Below are positions 13,980 to 27,267 of a DNA stretch of 64,000 bases, piece after piece. Origin of the DNA: the human T2T-CHM13v2.0 reference genome, Homo sapiens. The DNA lies in assembly GCF_009914755.1 (NCBI RefSeq), contig NC_060931.1, one strand, 5' to 3'. Below the pieces are notes generated by a model. It saw only the letters and a list, made by a program, of their open reading frames with translations, was not told the DNA's origin and made no database searches. A program made the position numbers and the translations under genes. The first letter of the stretch is position 1. The number at the start of each line of letters is the position of its first letter.

Positions 13980-15094
13980 CTGCGGGAAGGACAGGCAACA
14001 GAGTTGGGGGGACACAAGCAGGGAGTGGAGCCCGAAAAAAACGAACAAGCGGGGGCGGGGGAGTGGGTGCGGAGAGAGGACAGTCCATTCGGAAGAAAGC
14101 AAAATGCACAGAAAAGACAATGGAGAGATGAGCGCAGGAGAGGCTGGGAAGGCAGGGACTCCGAAAGGAGAAGGACACGGAAAGAAACCCACACACGTCA
14201 TCAGGTCTGTCCAGCAGCGAGAGCCTCCCTCCCGGGAAACCCACCGACGCTCGCGCCCACCCTGATCAGCCCCGGGGAGCAGCTCCCCCAACAAAGGGTG
14301 GATGTGTAGACCCTCCACTTCGACGTGTCCGGAGCCCGGCGCAGGGAGGCTGACCCCCAAAGGGCCACACACCCACGCACGTGAACCCGCGTGCACGCGG
14401 CAGCCCGCGCATCCTCGGTGTGAGTGTGCGCGTGGAGATCTGTGAGCTTGGGAAGCGAGAGTGCGTGTGCGTGCACGCGCGAGGGTCACCGGCGCTTCGC
14501 TGGGGACGAGGCGCCGGGGCTCGCGGTGGACGCCGCTTTCCGGAGCTAGGGGAGCCCATGGACAGTCCCTGGGGCTCTGGAGTGGTTTCAAGGCTTCTCC
14601 ATTCCAGGGAAGCGCCAGGTCCTGCTGTTTCTGGTGCCATCCGGAGACAAACAGAGATGGTTAATTAAAGCCACATGGCCCCCATCTGTTCCCAGAATGA
14701 AGCCTCCGCTCAGCTCAGGCACTCTCCTGGGCAATGGATTTTTGGAGAGCCCTCCTCGGTCAGCACCGCCAACCCCAGGGAACCTGCCCTCTGCGGTGGG
14801 GAAACCCAGGGTGAACCGGCCGAGGGTGCAAAACCCTGAGCGGGGGCCGCGGGAGGCCGCAGGGGCCGGGGCTTGGGCGCAGAGCCCGGGGGATGAGGGT
14901 CCGCGGCGCTCCGCGTGCGCTGTCTCCAGCCACCACCGAAGCAAGGGCGGTGGCGTTTAATCCCAGGGGCGTCATTTCCATCCAGTCCCTCTCCCAAGCC
15001 CCCAGGATCCCACGAAGGTGAGCAAGCAGCTTTTGGGTTTTCCTTCCCCATGCCCAAGTCCGTCCGCCTCCCCGCACCGTTTCCACGGAATTAC

Positions 15095-15131
15095 CTAAGA
15101 AACTGAAAGCTAGCAACTGGAGAAGCCCCAT
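15095..15131 (-). CDS. LAMB1: Laminin beta-1 exon 2, coding part (MGLLQLLAFSFL, signal peptide); full exon 15095-15217
   Basis: ATG at 15131-15129 in context GCCGGCATGG; acceptor CCAG| at 15218; donor TTAG|GTAATT at 15095/15094; 37 coding nt (phase 1). Confidence 0.96.
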
Positions 15132-15356
15132 GCCGGCTCCCTGCAGCCACGGGGACGCGGCAGAGGAGTGGAGAAGACGCCCGCCGAGCCGCCTGCCCTT
15201 TCTTCCCGTCTTCCTTTCTGGAGAGGTGGAAAGGAGGGGAAAAAAGGCAAATGTTCAAAGAGAGAAGAGGCGCCCTTCCATTTCCTGTCGCTCCCACGGA
15301 AGCGGGGGGTGGGCTGGAAAGGGGGGAAAATCGTGCAGCCACTTTGTTCTCCTCAC

Positions 15357-15605
15357 CCGGCGACGCGAGCTCTCGCCCTGCTCCGGGAGCCCCCGAGCCC
15401 AAAGAAGGGAATTAGAAAGTTTAGCCTTGGGAGGAACAGAGGGAGGCGCCTCTGCTCATGCGCATACGGAGAGCCGGGGCTGAAGGGGCGGGCGGCCGCA
15501 ACTCTGCGAGGACCGGGTGAGGTCCCGGTCCCACCCCCCGGGGCGCCTCTTTTGTTTGAAAGCCGAGTCTGCGATCGCTGCGGGGCTGGGGCGCTTCCAG
15601 GTCCC
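15357..15605 (-). other. LAMB1: LAMB1 exon 1 (non-coding 5'UTR); 5' end/TSS approximate
   Basis: Minus-strand donor CCGG|GTGAGG at 15357/15356. Lies in the CpG island and matches the LAMB1 leader as recalled. The TSS could lie anywhere from ~15410 to 15605. Confidence 0.75.
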
Positions 15606-15825
15606 AGGGCGGGTCCGCCCCGGGGTGCGCGTCCCAGAACGGCGCGCGGCGGGGCCGTCCAGCGAGGGGGGCGGATGCGTGGGGGCGTCTCCGAGGTGGG
15701 TTTTCAGGTTGCCCAGCCAGGGGGCCGGCGGGACCTACCGCGGACTCGCGCATTTACGTTCGCAAGAAGTGAATCACTAAACGTGCCCACGGCTAAAACT
15801 CTCGTGCGGTGCGCTCGGGGAAGGC

Positions 15826-15858
15826 GGGTTAACCCTTTAGAAACAGGGTCGACCTGTC
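15826..15858. promoter_or_regulatory. Nuclear-receptor (RARE-like) element upstream of LAMB1
   Basis: GGGTTAACCCTTTAGAAACAGGGTCGACCTGTC contains RGGTYA-like half sites. It closely resembles the mouse Lamb1 retinoic-acid response element as recalled, at a similar distance upstream. Confidence 0.55.
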
Positions 15859-16006
15859 GTGTTTGTTCTTTAGAAAGTGACACTTCCTCTCCGCCCCTAG
15901 TATCCAAGAGCTTGGGATGGGCGCGACATCTACAGTGTCTTCCTAGGAAGGAGGAGAAGCTCTGTGCGCCCTGCAATTCTTTGCGCACACATTTATTCAG
16001 GACCTA

Positions 16007-16289
<283 letters not shown>

Positions 16290-17632
16290 CTACCTATATC
16301 CAGATGATGGCTTTAGCTCAGGTAATTCCTCAAATGACACTATTATTGTTACTGACTCCGTTTCCCATCTCGCCGTGGAAGAGTTGACACAGCCAGGAAG
16401 TGGAAATCTCTCATGAGAGGCACTTCCCCACAACGCTCATCTCGACGATTCTCCATGGTGTGCAAATGCTGAGGTGGGGAGAGGGCCTCTAATGAAGGGT
16501 CTCTAACAACACAGTGTAACCTGCCTGGTGAAATTAGGGGTACATAGAAACTCACCACCTTCTAGGGGTTGGAGAGGGAAAAGAGGTTGGTGACGGGACC
16601 CCACCACCCATTCTGCTACCCTTAGCAATGGACAGAGTCAAAGCTTGGAGTCCTGCTCTGGGCAAATGTGGCTGGAATTCAGGGAGTATAGTTAGTTGTC
16701 AGTCCAGTCAGGAGACTTGGCTTGTTTTCCAGTCATTTCCGGGAGAAGAGTTTAAGCGGCTAGCTGGTCAGTTTTTAACTTAGCTGTAACGAAATAAGGC
16801 CCAGAGAAGTTTAATCATTAGACCATAGAGTCAGCTGCTTTACGAGTTCGTAAGCCTGCACGAGTCTGAGGCAGGCGGGAGCCTTGGGGTCTAGGTGAGT
16901 GAGGCATTAATTATTCACCAAATCAGCACTTGCCCTGCTACAGCCTGGGGAGGTTTTGCCTCTGCTGAGGCTTAGGATCCTCTGCGCCGGCTGGGTAGCC
17001 TGAAAGCGCTGAGAAAGTCCTTGCTGTTGGGAGGCTGTAGAATTGCAATGGAGGGTCTTCAGGGCTTAATTAAAAGAAAAATATTAAAAGGCAAATGTCT
17101 TTTCTTCCTGTTGAGCTTTTAATACCCTGGGCCAGAGTTTCGTATTTTCATGTGCACACACTGCAAGCATCTTTCAGCTCCTTTTCTTTCTTGAGCCTAA
17201 CCTCTGCTCTCACAGCAGCTGAGCCCTCCTTGCTACCTGTCCCTGCTCAGCGTCCTCTCCCCTTGCAAAAGGTCATTTACTTTCAGCACTGTTTAGAAGC
17301 CTACCTGCTCTCCTGATCACCTCACTTGCAGTAGTAAATTGAACACTACTGAGAAAATTAGGTTTTTAAAAATTTGCCTGTATATGTGCAGGGGGAGGAG
17401 TGTGTGTAACACTCACCTTCTGACCACTTCATCTATGAATTTGCCTACCTCCCTTCCCACCTGTATCTTTTGTGCTTCTCTCCTAGAAGTGTGCCCTCCT
17501 CTCATCTACTAAGTTCAGTGCTCTCATATACTTGCTCAGCCTCCTCCTGTTTTAAGTAAAAACAACACAAACTCTGCATTGTATGGAATCAAAGCTTGAG
17601 CTCTGGAGATTTGCTCATGGAATCAAAGATTG

Positions 17633-18180
<548 letters not shown>

Positions 18181-18286
18181 CTAGGGTTTGCTCAATCAAA
18201 GCTTGAGCTTTGTTCCATACTCCTGCTCTAGGCAATGTGGCTGGAATGAAGGATAAAGACTCTATACTCCCTCTCCTTCCTTTGGA

Positions 18287-18515
18287 GAATCACCAAACGG
18301 TGCCCACGGCTAAAACTCTCATGCCCTGCACTCGGGGAAGGCGGGTTAACCCTTTAGAAACAGGGTCCACCTGTTGTGTTTGTTCTTTAGAAAGTGACAC
18401 GTCCTCTCCGCCCCTCGTATCCAAGAGCTTGGAATGGGCGTGGCATCTACAATGTCTTCCTAGGAAGGAGGGGAAGCTCTGTGCACCCTGCAATTCTTTG
18501 CGCACACATTTATTC
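18287..18515 (+). repeat. Duplicate of LAMB1 upstream promoter segment 15771-15998
   Basis: About 15 substitutions and 1 indel over 229 bp (~93%) by hand alignment. Confidence 0.93.
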
Positions 18516-19835
18516 TTGGTAAGTGCCCTTGACTTTCTAATCTGAATGCAATGGACGTTTTCCCATTGTGATCTTATTTGATCTCTTTGTGGCTTATGCT
18601 TCAGATGATCACACCCTCCTTCTTGAGACTCCTTTCTCCTTAGCTTCCAGGACATAATTCCAGAATTTTCCCACAAGACTTTGACCCCTCCTCTCCCATT
18701 TATCTTGCCCTTCTCTGATCCCTTAAACATTGGTGCTACCAAAGGTTCTGTCTCTCTTTTCTGCTCCCTTTACTCATCCATATCCAGGGGTGCATCACTT
18801 GGACTCTCCTCAACCTCTAATTCCCATATCTCTAGCTTGTACCTCACTTGGAATTTACATACCATTTCCAACAGGCCATTGAATATCTCTACTTTGATGA
18901 CCCATAGGTAAATGAAATTCATCTGTGGCAAAACTGAAATCTCTCCACCCACCTCTCCTACAACAAAATGTGTTCTGTCTTCTGTTTCCCATTTCAATTA
19001 TTGGCACCATAATCCACCCCTTAGCTCAAGACGGAGATCTGGGAACAGGACTGGCTGCATGATTAGCAGGGCACAAATGTGGAGCCCCTCTATTATTATT
19101 AATGTAAAGACAGTGAAAGAGCATTAAACCTAGCATGGGACTCTCCTGAGTGGGGTAGGGGGTGCTGTGCAATTGCACAAATCACATGCCCATGAAGCCA
19201 GCCTAGCCTGGGAATCTTGGGCACCTCTCGTTCCTTCATTCCCTCCCCTCCCCATCACTAGGTCCTGTCATTTCTACTTTCCTAGCAACTAGCCAGCATG
19301 TCCCCTTGCTCCAACCTCATTGCCCTCCCTTAGATTTCAGTCTGAATGCCTGCCAGAGCCCCCGACAAGTGTTCCTACTTCCAGACTCTTCCTCTCTTCA
19401 GTCTAATCCTTCCTAATACCCGCAGAAGGATTTTTTCAGAGTCAAAACTTTGATCATGTCATTCCCTTATTCAAAAGCCTTCAATGGCTGCCCTCTGCTC
19501 CTTCCCTGTGTATGACATACTTTATTCCTTCATGGCTTTCCTTTCACTACGTGGGTCCTCCTTGACCTTGTCAACTTAGTGAACTGCACACCTTTGAAGA
19601 CTCCTCTTAAACATGACTTTCTCCATGAGCCTCTCTCTCCTCCTCCTTGTAAAAGCCTGTTACAGCATATATAACATAATGCTGTAACTATTTGTTTATG
19701 CCCTTATCTCCCCCAATAGACAGTGAGACAAGGACAAGTATTGTGTAACATTCGTTTTTGCATTAATGTTGCCTTGCATAAAATGAGGCACATTACATGT
19801 GCTCAATAAGTGTGTCTCGAATGAAAGTAAATGAA
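18513..19835 (+). mobile_element. L2 LINE 3' region (interrupted)
   Basis: L2-like motifs and typical end GTGCTCAATAAGTG..GAATGAA. Confidence 0.65.
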
Positions 19836-21461
19836 GACTAGTCTCCATGTTTTAAAAACTTCCTTAAATCTTAAATGTCCACTTTTTTCTACCTTAATAT
19901 GAATTTCTAGCCAAAGAGAAAAAGAAATACCACCACTTGACTTAATTTTGGGAATAATTCCAAGTTTCACTCACAAATTCTTCTCGTCTATTATATTTCA
20001 TACAATTTCCTCTGATTTGTGAAGATGTGACAAGTTGAGGAGGAATGAATCTCTTCTGTTAGTAAGCCTGTCCAGGGCTTTGCTCTGGCTGTCAACACAA
20101 CCCTCTCTCGTCTATCATTTGTACTAAGCTGGCACTACCTGCTTTAGCATAAAGCAGTCTTTACCAAAGAATTCTGCAGCAGTTTAAATGGCAGATGGGA
20201 TTGCAAATTGTTGGCTGTTCTGTCTCAAAGAATGTGTGACAGTTATCTCCCTGCAGCATTTATTATTTTCGTTTGAAAACAAAACAAGAACTGTTTTCAA
20301 GGTCACCTTCACTTTCACACAGTCTTAGAACACCGTGTGTGTCTCCTTTGAAATCCTGATTGACAGTAGAACAACAAGGATGCTACATTCTAGACTTCAA
20401 TCTTTGGGTCCTGAAATGTGGCTATTTATATAACATTGTTCTCATGAAAAATACTAGATTTTTCTGTTTTAAAAATTAGATTTAAGTGCATTTTGTGAGA
20501 TTCAGAATTGATCTAGAAAAGTAAATTCAATGACCAGTAAGATTCAGGTCAAATGTCATGCTATACTTTATATATATATATGTCTTTTATAATACGTACA
20601 ACAGTAATTTGTAGTTTTGTTTTAGTTTCCTTCTTCCCAGAAGCAGAGACTGTCTTTCATTAGACTTTGGATTCCCGTCAGGTGGCAGTTTCTAGTATAT
20701 TATAGACACACAATATCTGCTTGTTGGATGAATAAAATTGAGTAACCTTCTTTATAATTGTTAAGGGAACACACAGGGGACGTTATTGCTACCCTCTGTA
20801 ATAGGAAAACCATCAGGGCCTGAAACCAGGCAGGAAGTCACAACATTTTAAGCCTCGAACCATATAATGCAAACAGTAGTTTGGGCTTGCGTTAACATTC
20901 ATCCTCCCTTCATCTGGTAACATTGGCTGGATTTTCCTTGAGGGACTAGTCCTCTCCCATTTTCAGCTTACTTGATTTGAATAGGGCTAATTCCCCCATG
21001 AACTCCAGGCTATTCAGTGCATTTCCATCTTCCTCTTTCTAGTGAGTGGTTCAGGGATGGATATGAAACTCATATATTCTAGATAAGATGACTCTGGGAT
21101 TTTTGTTGGAATTCCTGGGAAAAAACAAACAACCAAAAAACAAAAAACACCTCTTTTTCCCTCTGGACTTGGGAGTTATGTGAATGTCAGCCTGGAACTG
21201 GTGGAGGCTGCTTGAGACTGGAGCCAACACAAAGGAAAGAAGATCTGAGGGAACCAGAGGGTGGGTCCTTGAAGAACACTTTGGAGTATCTTGATCCAGC
21301 TATACCTGAAGCCAGTACACTTTACCTTAGCCAATACATTTTTCTAGACATGTAGCATGAGAGAGACCTAAACTTGTTGTTTTTAGCCTGAAATTTAGGA
21401 GGCTTTAAAAAAACTGCAGCATATTGACTGATGCAGGCAGGACTTTATCAACACTGTCTTA

Positions 21462-21798
<337 letters not shown>

Positions 21799-23612
21799 TG
21801 GTCATTTGTCTATTCTTAAATATCTCAAAGAGATCACAAATGAGAGCACTCAAATCTACATTCATTTGAAGACAGTCACTAAAATAGGTGCAAGAAAGCC
21901 TCATTCAAACTCTTTACAGGCTTTCTGCAAGGCTGCATACCCGTTGCATTTCACCTCCCAAGAAGGTGGCAGGATCCAATGGAAGAAAGGGTGCCGCTTA
22001 ATTTCTACCCATCTATGCCCATAAATTCCAAATCTTTTTAAAAAAGTTTGAATCTATATTTAACAGGAATGCCTAAATGGGGCAAGTTTTTCTCAGTTCA
22101 CTCTTGTATATGAATTTTGGCACCTGGTTGCTAACCTGGCACCTTAAAAATGAGTAGGAGGGAGATTGATGTCTGAGTTAGTGCTAGAGGGCCAGAGGAA
22201 ATCTCTTTTAAAGAAAGTTTTATCAGATCCATAACAGGAGTAACTTAAATGTAGTCAAGTAAACGCCTTAAGACTTGAATACTAGTCATGAACCCAAGCT
22301 TTATTTTTCTGGTACATTAACTTTTACATCCGTTCATGAGTGAATCACGACGTTTATTGAAAAACACTGATGTCAAATTGAGTAGACAGCTAACACTCAG
22401 TGGGAAATACTTATTCCATATCAGAAAAACTTTTCCTAATTAAAACTCAGTTCATCTCTTACAGGAATCCACCTGAAATTGTATTTTAAAGATTATTTTG
22501 AAGTTTTTATTACAGCTGATGGTACTTTCCCCAGCTTTTAAGGATGCTGAAATTCAGCAAAATCTGGAGGAAAAAAAAAAAGACTGTCTTCCAAATATTT
22601 CAATTTTTTAGTCTTCCTTTACTCTGCTTTTTATCTAGGCTCTGTCTTTCTCTCTTTGAAAGGTCAAGTTCTGCTTTCAGTGAGTCCCTGAAATCCCCAC
22701 CACACCTCCCTGTGAGTTCCTAATCCTGTGCTTGGCACATAGTCAGTACTCAGGAAATGCTTTCTAAATGAAAAGTGCTGCTTATTTCACCTTTATTTTA
22801 AAGCCAGTAAGGTTCAGGCAATATCTTTGTATGAGAGGATCAGAGTGATAGGTTTGTAGCAATAGAGTAGACTATCTCATAGTTCTGGGTTGTTAATTAT
22901 TACCTAGGGTGATCCAGGAAACAATTCAATGAGCAAGTTAAACACTCTACTACTATTCATGGCTTGGACAGAAAGCGAATCCTAATTTTCAATCCAGTAT
23001 TTTTACCCTGGGAAGATGGGTAAGATGGATCTTTGCTATGAGCACATTTCAGAAGTGATAAAAATACTAGTAAAAGCCATCTCCTCTCTCAAATAGAAGT
23101 GGTCTTGCTCCTCTCTCCAACCATAATGCCCTTGGCCTTCTACATTAATTAACTCTACAGTTACAGTTCCTCTAAAAGAAAAAGCCTGTTCTTCTGGAAA
23201 GAGAGCATTTATTTCATCATAGCTGCTATGCTTGTTGCTACTAAGGCTGCTAATCAGATTTATGAAGGCCAGCCCACCCAGAGCTGAGTGCTGTGTTTTT
23301 ATCACATCAGAAACAAGTCAGCACTCGGTCTCACTCCAGGATTAGGTTCTATTTCAAATATTGGGCTGTTTGCCAGGCAAAGAGGTTGTAGGATGTGTTT
23401 GTTCTCTGCAGCATGGCTAATGAAATGCCAGTGTTAGCCTCCAGTCTAGTAAGGATCTGGGACTAAATGATTTCTCAGTGATCCTATTTGGAAATCATGA
23501 ACTATGGAGCTGACAATCCAGTCATCTATCCAGAGGACTTTTTAATCCCGTTGGTGATAGACACCATTATTTGGTTGACCTTTGACTTTGGGAGTGCCAC
23601 CCATCTTCCTAA

Positions 23613-23976
<364 letters not shown>

Positions 23977-24078
23977 TAGCAAGCAATTCTTGAGACCTAT
24001 TATGGGCCAAGCACTGCTGTATACTAATCATTGTCTGCATCTTAAATGTATATGCTATTGGTAAAATAAGGGTTGAAA

Positions 24079-24560
24079 AACATAATTTCTAATGTTCTAT
24101 TTCCATAAACAAAATATAAACATATATATATATATAAACACATATGAATAAAGTTCTAGAAGGAGATGTAGCAAATAACATAATTTCTAATTTTCTATTT
24201 CTATAAACAATATAAACACATATTTATATAAAACCATATGAATAAAGTTCTAGAAGGAAGCATAGCAAATGTTAACATAATTTCTAATTTTCTATTTCTA
24301 TAAACAAAATATAAACATATTTATATAAACACATATGAATAAAGTTCTAGAAGGAGGCATAGCAAACAACAACATAATTTCTAATTTTCTATTTCTATAA
24401 ATAAAATATAAACATATTTATATAAACACATGAATAAAGTTCTAGAAGGAGACATAGAAATGATAACAATTTCTAATTTTCTATTTCTATAAACAAAATA
24501 TAAACACATTTCTATAAACATATGAATAAAGTTCTAGAAGGAGGCATAGCAAATGATAAC
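24079..24560. repeat. AT-rich minisatellite, ~93-98-bp unit x5
   Basis: Unit CATAATTTCTAATTTTCTATTTCTATAAACAAAATATAAACATA..ATGAATAAAGTTCTAGAAGGAGGCATAGCAAA starts at ~24081, 24179, 24276, 24373 and 24467. Confidence 0.93.
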
Positions 24561-26845
24561 AGGAGGTACTTTATGGGATACGTGGACTGTATTTGGGATG
24601 GGGGTTAAGGGGACTCTTGCCTTACCTGTATTTTTTTAAACAAGGAGAATGTATTTGTCTATAACTGGTAATAATTAAACACAAACGTAAAAATTCTAAC
24701 AAAAAATCAGTTTTGAAATATAAATGTTTGTTATACCTTGAAGAAAGTAGACTATAAGTTTTGATTAAGTCTGGGTTGTTTCTTCGAAATACAAATGTAA
24801 AGGTCTATAGAATTAAAACTCACCGTTTATTCAGTCACTAATGAATTTACTGAATGACAAGGCAAGCTCTTAAATTGGGATCATGGTGACTTACATCACA
24901 TCTGTGTGCTTCAGCTTCCTTATCTGTGAAACAAGTACAAAGTTCACATGCCTTAGTCAGCATATAGGCTCTTAGTCAGCAATCTGGCCCTTATATAATC
25001 TCTCTTTTGTCTCCACATTCTCAGTTTATCAGCCTCCCCTGCCACCCTCAATATACTCACCATTTGCAAAAACCAAACCCAATTTTTTGGCTCCTACAGC
25101 TCCTTCTATCTGGAATGCCTTCTCCTTCTCTGCCAAGCCAGTGTTTATGGATGTTCAACACCCCGCTCTGATGGCACTTCACATGTGGAGCCCTTTCAGC
25201 CTCACTGCCCAGGCACAATATTTGGACACATGCTTATTGGAGAGGATCTTTCTAGATTATTCTAGAACAGATGTGCCATAAGGCCAGGCACCCCACCTCT
25301 CACACTCAGTGCTGTGTCCCCAGCACTAGCACATCTCAGAGCACATTGTAGCTGTGTGAAGAGTATTCATTAAGTAAGTGGTTAGTGTATGAATATAATT
25401 TTCTTATGTGCCAAATTGCAAGTGCCTTGAGAGCATCTTAGTTTTCTTAGCCCTAAACACAGAGCTGGCACCTGGCAGGTGCTCAGATATTTGTCAAGCA
25501 CATTTAGGAATGACGGAATAAATGCCTGGGACTATGCCTCTTGTGCTTTCTGGGGAGAAATCATTTACAGATAATTGTCTAGTCACGGTGAGCCACAGCC
25601 AATACGCATTCGTATGTTAAAGAGCATATCACATGTTTCACTTTATTTGGTGGGAAATACAGAAAAGTGGGCGGTTTGCTATGATTTAGATGCATGAATA
25701 TTAATACATAAAGTATTAATTCCTTATAAATGTGTTCAGTGACTGCTCTCTACTGTAATGCAGAAAGCATCATGCCCACTTTGGCTTTAGAGGCTCAAAG
25801 TGGCGATCATATAATGGTAAGTCAAAGTCTGCAAGTCTTAGTCACCTCATCGTAATGAGGCTCATGAGGACATTAGCATAAATTATAATCGGGAAGGTAA
25901 AATTGCCCCATTCTGGAGGGCAGTCTGAAATATGTACTAACGTTTAAAACAGACATAACTTTGATTTTGATTGGGAAAACTTGCCAAATTATGCACAGAA
26001 AGATGTTTACAATGTTCTTTCCAGCAGAAAAAGTGGAAATAATCCAAATGACCATCAATAGGAGACTAGATAAAATTACTATGCTGGACCCATGCAACAG
26101 AGTACCAAACAGTTACTTACAAAGATAGTACCTATTTCTGTGATTTAAAAGGGTATGTGTGGTTGTAGGTGGGGAGCTGTAGGGGGAGTAGATTCCAATG
26201 ACAAAAAAGTATGTAACTCATGTATATATAATTTTTGAGGAATTAAAAAGGGCCACCCAGAAATTATTTTTATAGCTCAAAATATTAAAAGATAGCTGTT
26301 TCTTCTTTTATGATTTTACTCTATAATGAACATGTATAGTCCTTGTTCTAATACAATATTCACAAAATTATAGGCAACCAAGCTCTGTGTAAAATAAATT
26401 TTAAGATAGTTTCTTGTGGATGTATTTTCAGTAGTGATCCTTTATGTCGGGCAATGTTCACATCCCCAAGAAAAGAGTGTCTTCTGGCCAGCTAAAACTG
26501 GGAAAAATAAATCAAGCTTGCTGATATTCTGTAAAATATGCAGGTACTTTCTAGAAACTAGAGTTCGTTTGAGTTGAGTAGGAAGTGTTATGGTCTGTTT
26601 GGGTTTGGATGCAATGTTACAGTAGCCACGATTAATTTTTGTTAGCCACTTCCTGTGCTCATATGTTCCAATCAAAATATGTTTAGCTGTGTTGAGTTGA
26701 GAAAGTTGTTTTTTTTTCCTTACAGAGAAATGTTTACACAAATGTTTAAATCTTTCAAATTGTCTACATATTATTCATCTCCCCAAAGTGGGTTAAAAGA
26801 AAATTGAGTTTAAGGAGAAAATTTAGTATAGACATTTCTATTTAT

Positions 26846-26928
26846 TTGCTGTATACAATGTATGATTGCCGTATAGGAATGTATGATTGCTGTATAGGAA
26901 TGTATGATTGCTGTATAGAATGTATGAT
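26846..26928. repeat. Minisatellite, ~21-bp unit x4
   Basis: TTGCTGTATAGGAATGTATGA repeated. Confidence 0.88.
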
Positions 26929-26965
26929 GGCAGTCTGAAGGATTGAAGACTAGAACTGGTTGTTG

Positions 26966-27267
26966 TTTTTTTTTTTTTTCTTTTTTGAGACAGGGTCTTG
27001 TTCTGTCACTAAGGCTGGAGTGCAGTGGTGTGATCTCAGCTCACTACAACCTTTGCCTCCCTGGCTGAACTGATCCTCTTACCTCAGCCTCCAGAGTAGC
27101 TGGGACCACTGGCGTGAGCCACCACACCTGGCTAATTGTTGTATTTTTGTAGAGACAGGTTTTCCCTATGTTGGCCAGGCTGGTCTCGAACTCCTGACCT
27201 CAAGCAATCTGCTAGTCTTGGGCTCCCAAAGTGTCAGGATTACAGATGTGAGCCACTGCGCCCGGCC
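26966..27267 (-). mobile_element. Alu (J-like)
   Basis: Alu dimer; TSD CTAGAACTG. Confidence 0.88.

Larger units (their letters stand above)
13540..15900. promoter_or_regulatory. LAMB1: CpG island / LAMB1 promoter with GC boxes
   Basis: Very high GC and CpG density over exons 1-3; GGGCGG/CCGCCC boxes near 15486, 15608, 15615 and 15891; no obvious TATA box. Confidence 0.88.

Noticed and set aside
18210-18545. ORFs sharing peptide similarity (VNPLETGSTC...RTHLF) with ORFs at 15704-16013
   Set aside because: Explained by the DNA duplication; substitutions are CpG decay with no sign of codon-level constraint
20297-20305. Perfect TCAAGGTCA (NR5A/ERR) motif, also at 18036
   Set aside because: Isolated 9-mers with no supporting evidence from the sequence alone
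24079-24560. Regularly spaced repeats resembling a CRISPR array
   Set aside because: Whole units repeat with no unique spacers; eukaryotic context with no cas genes
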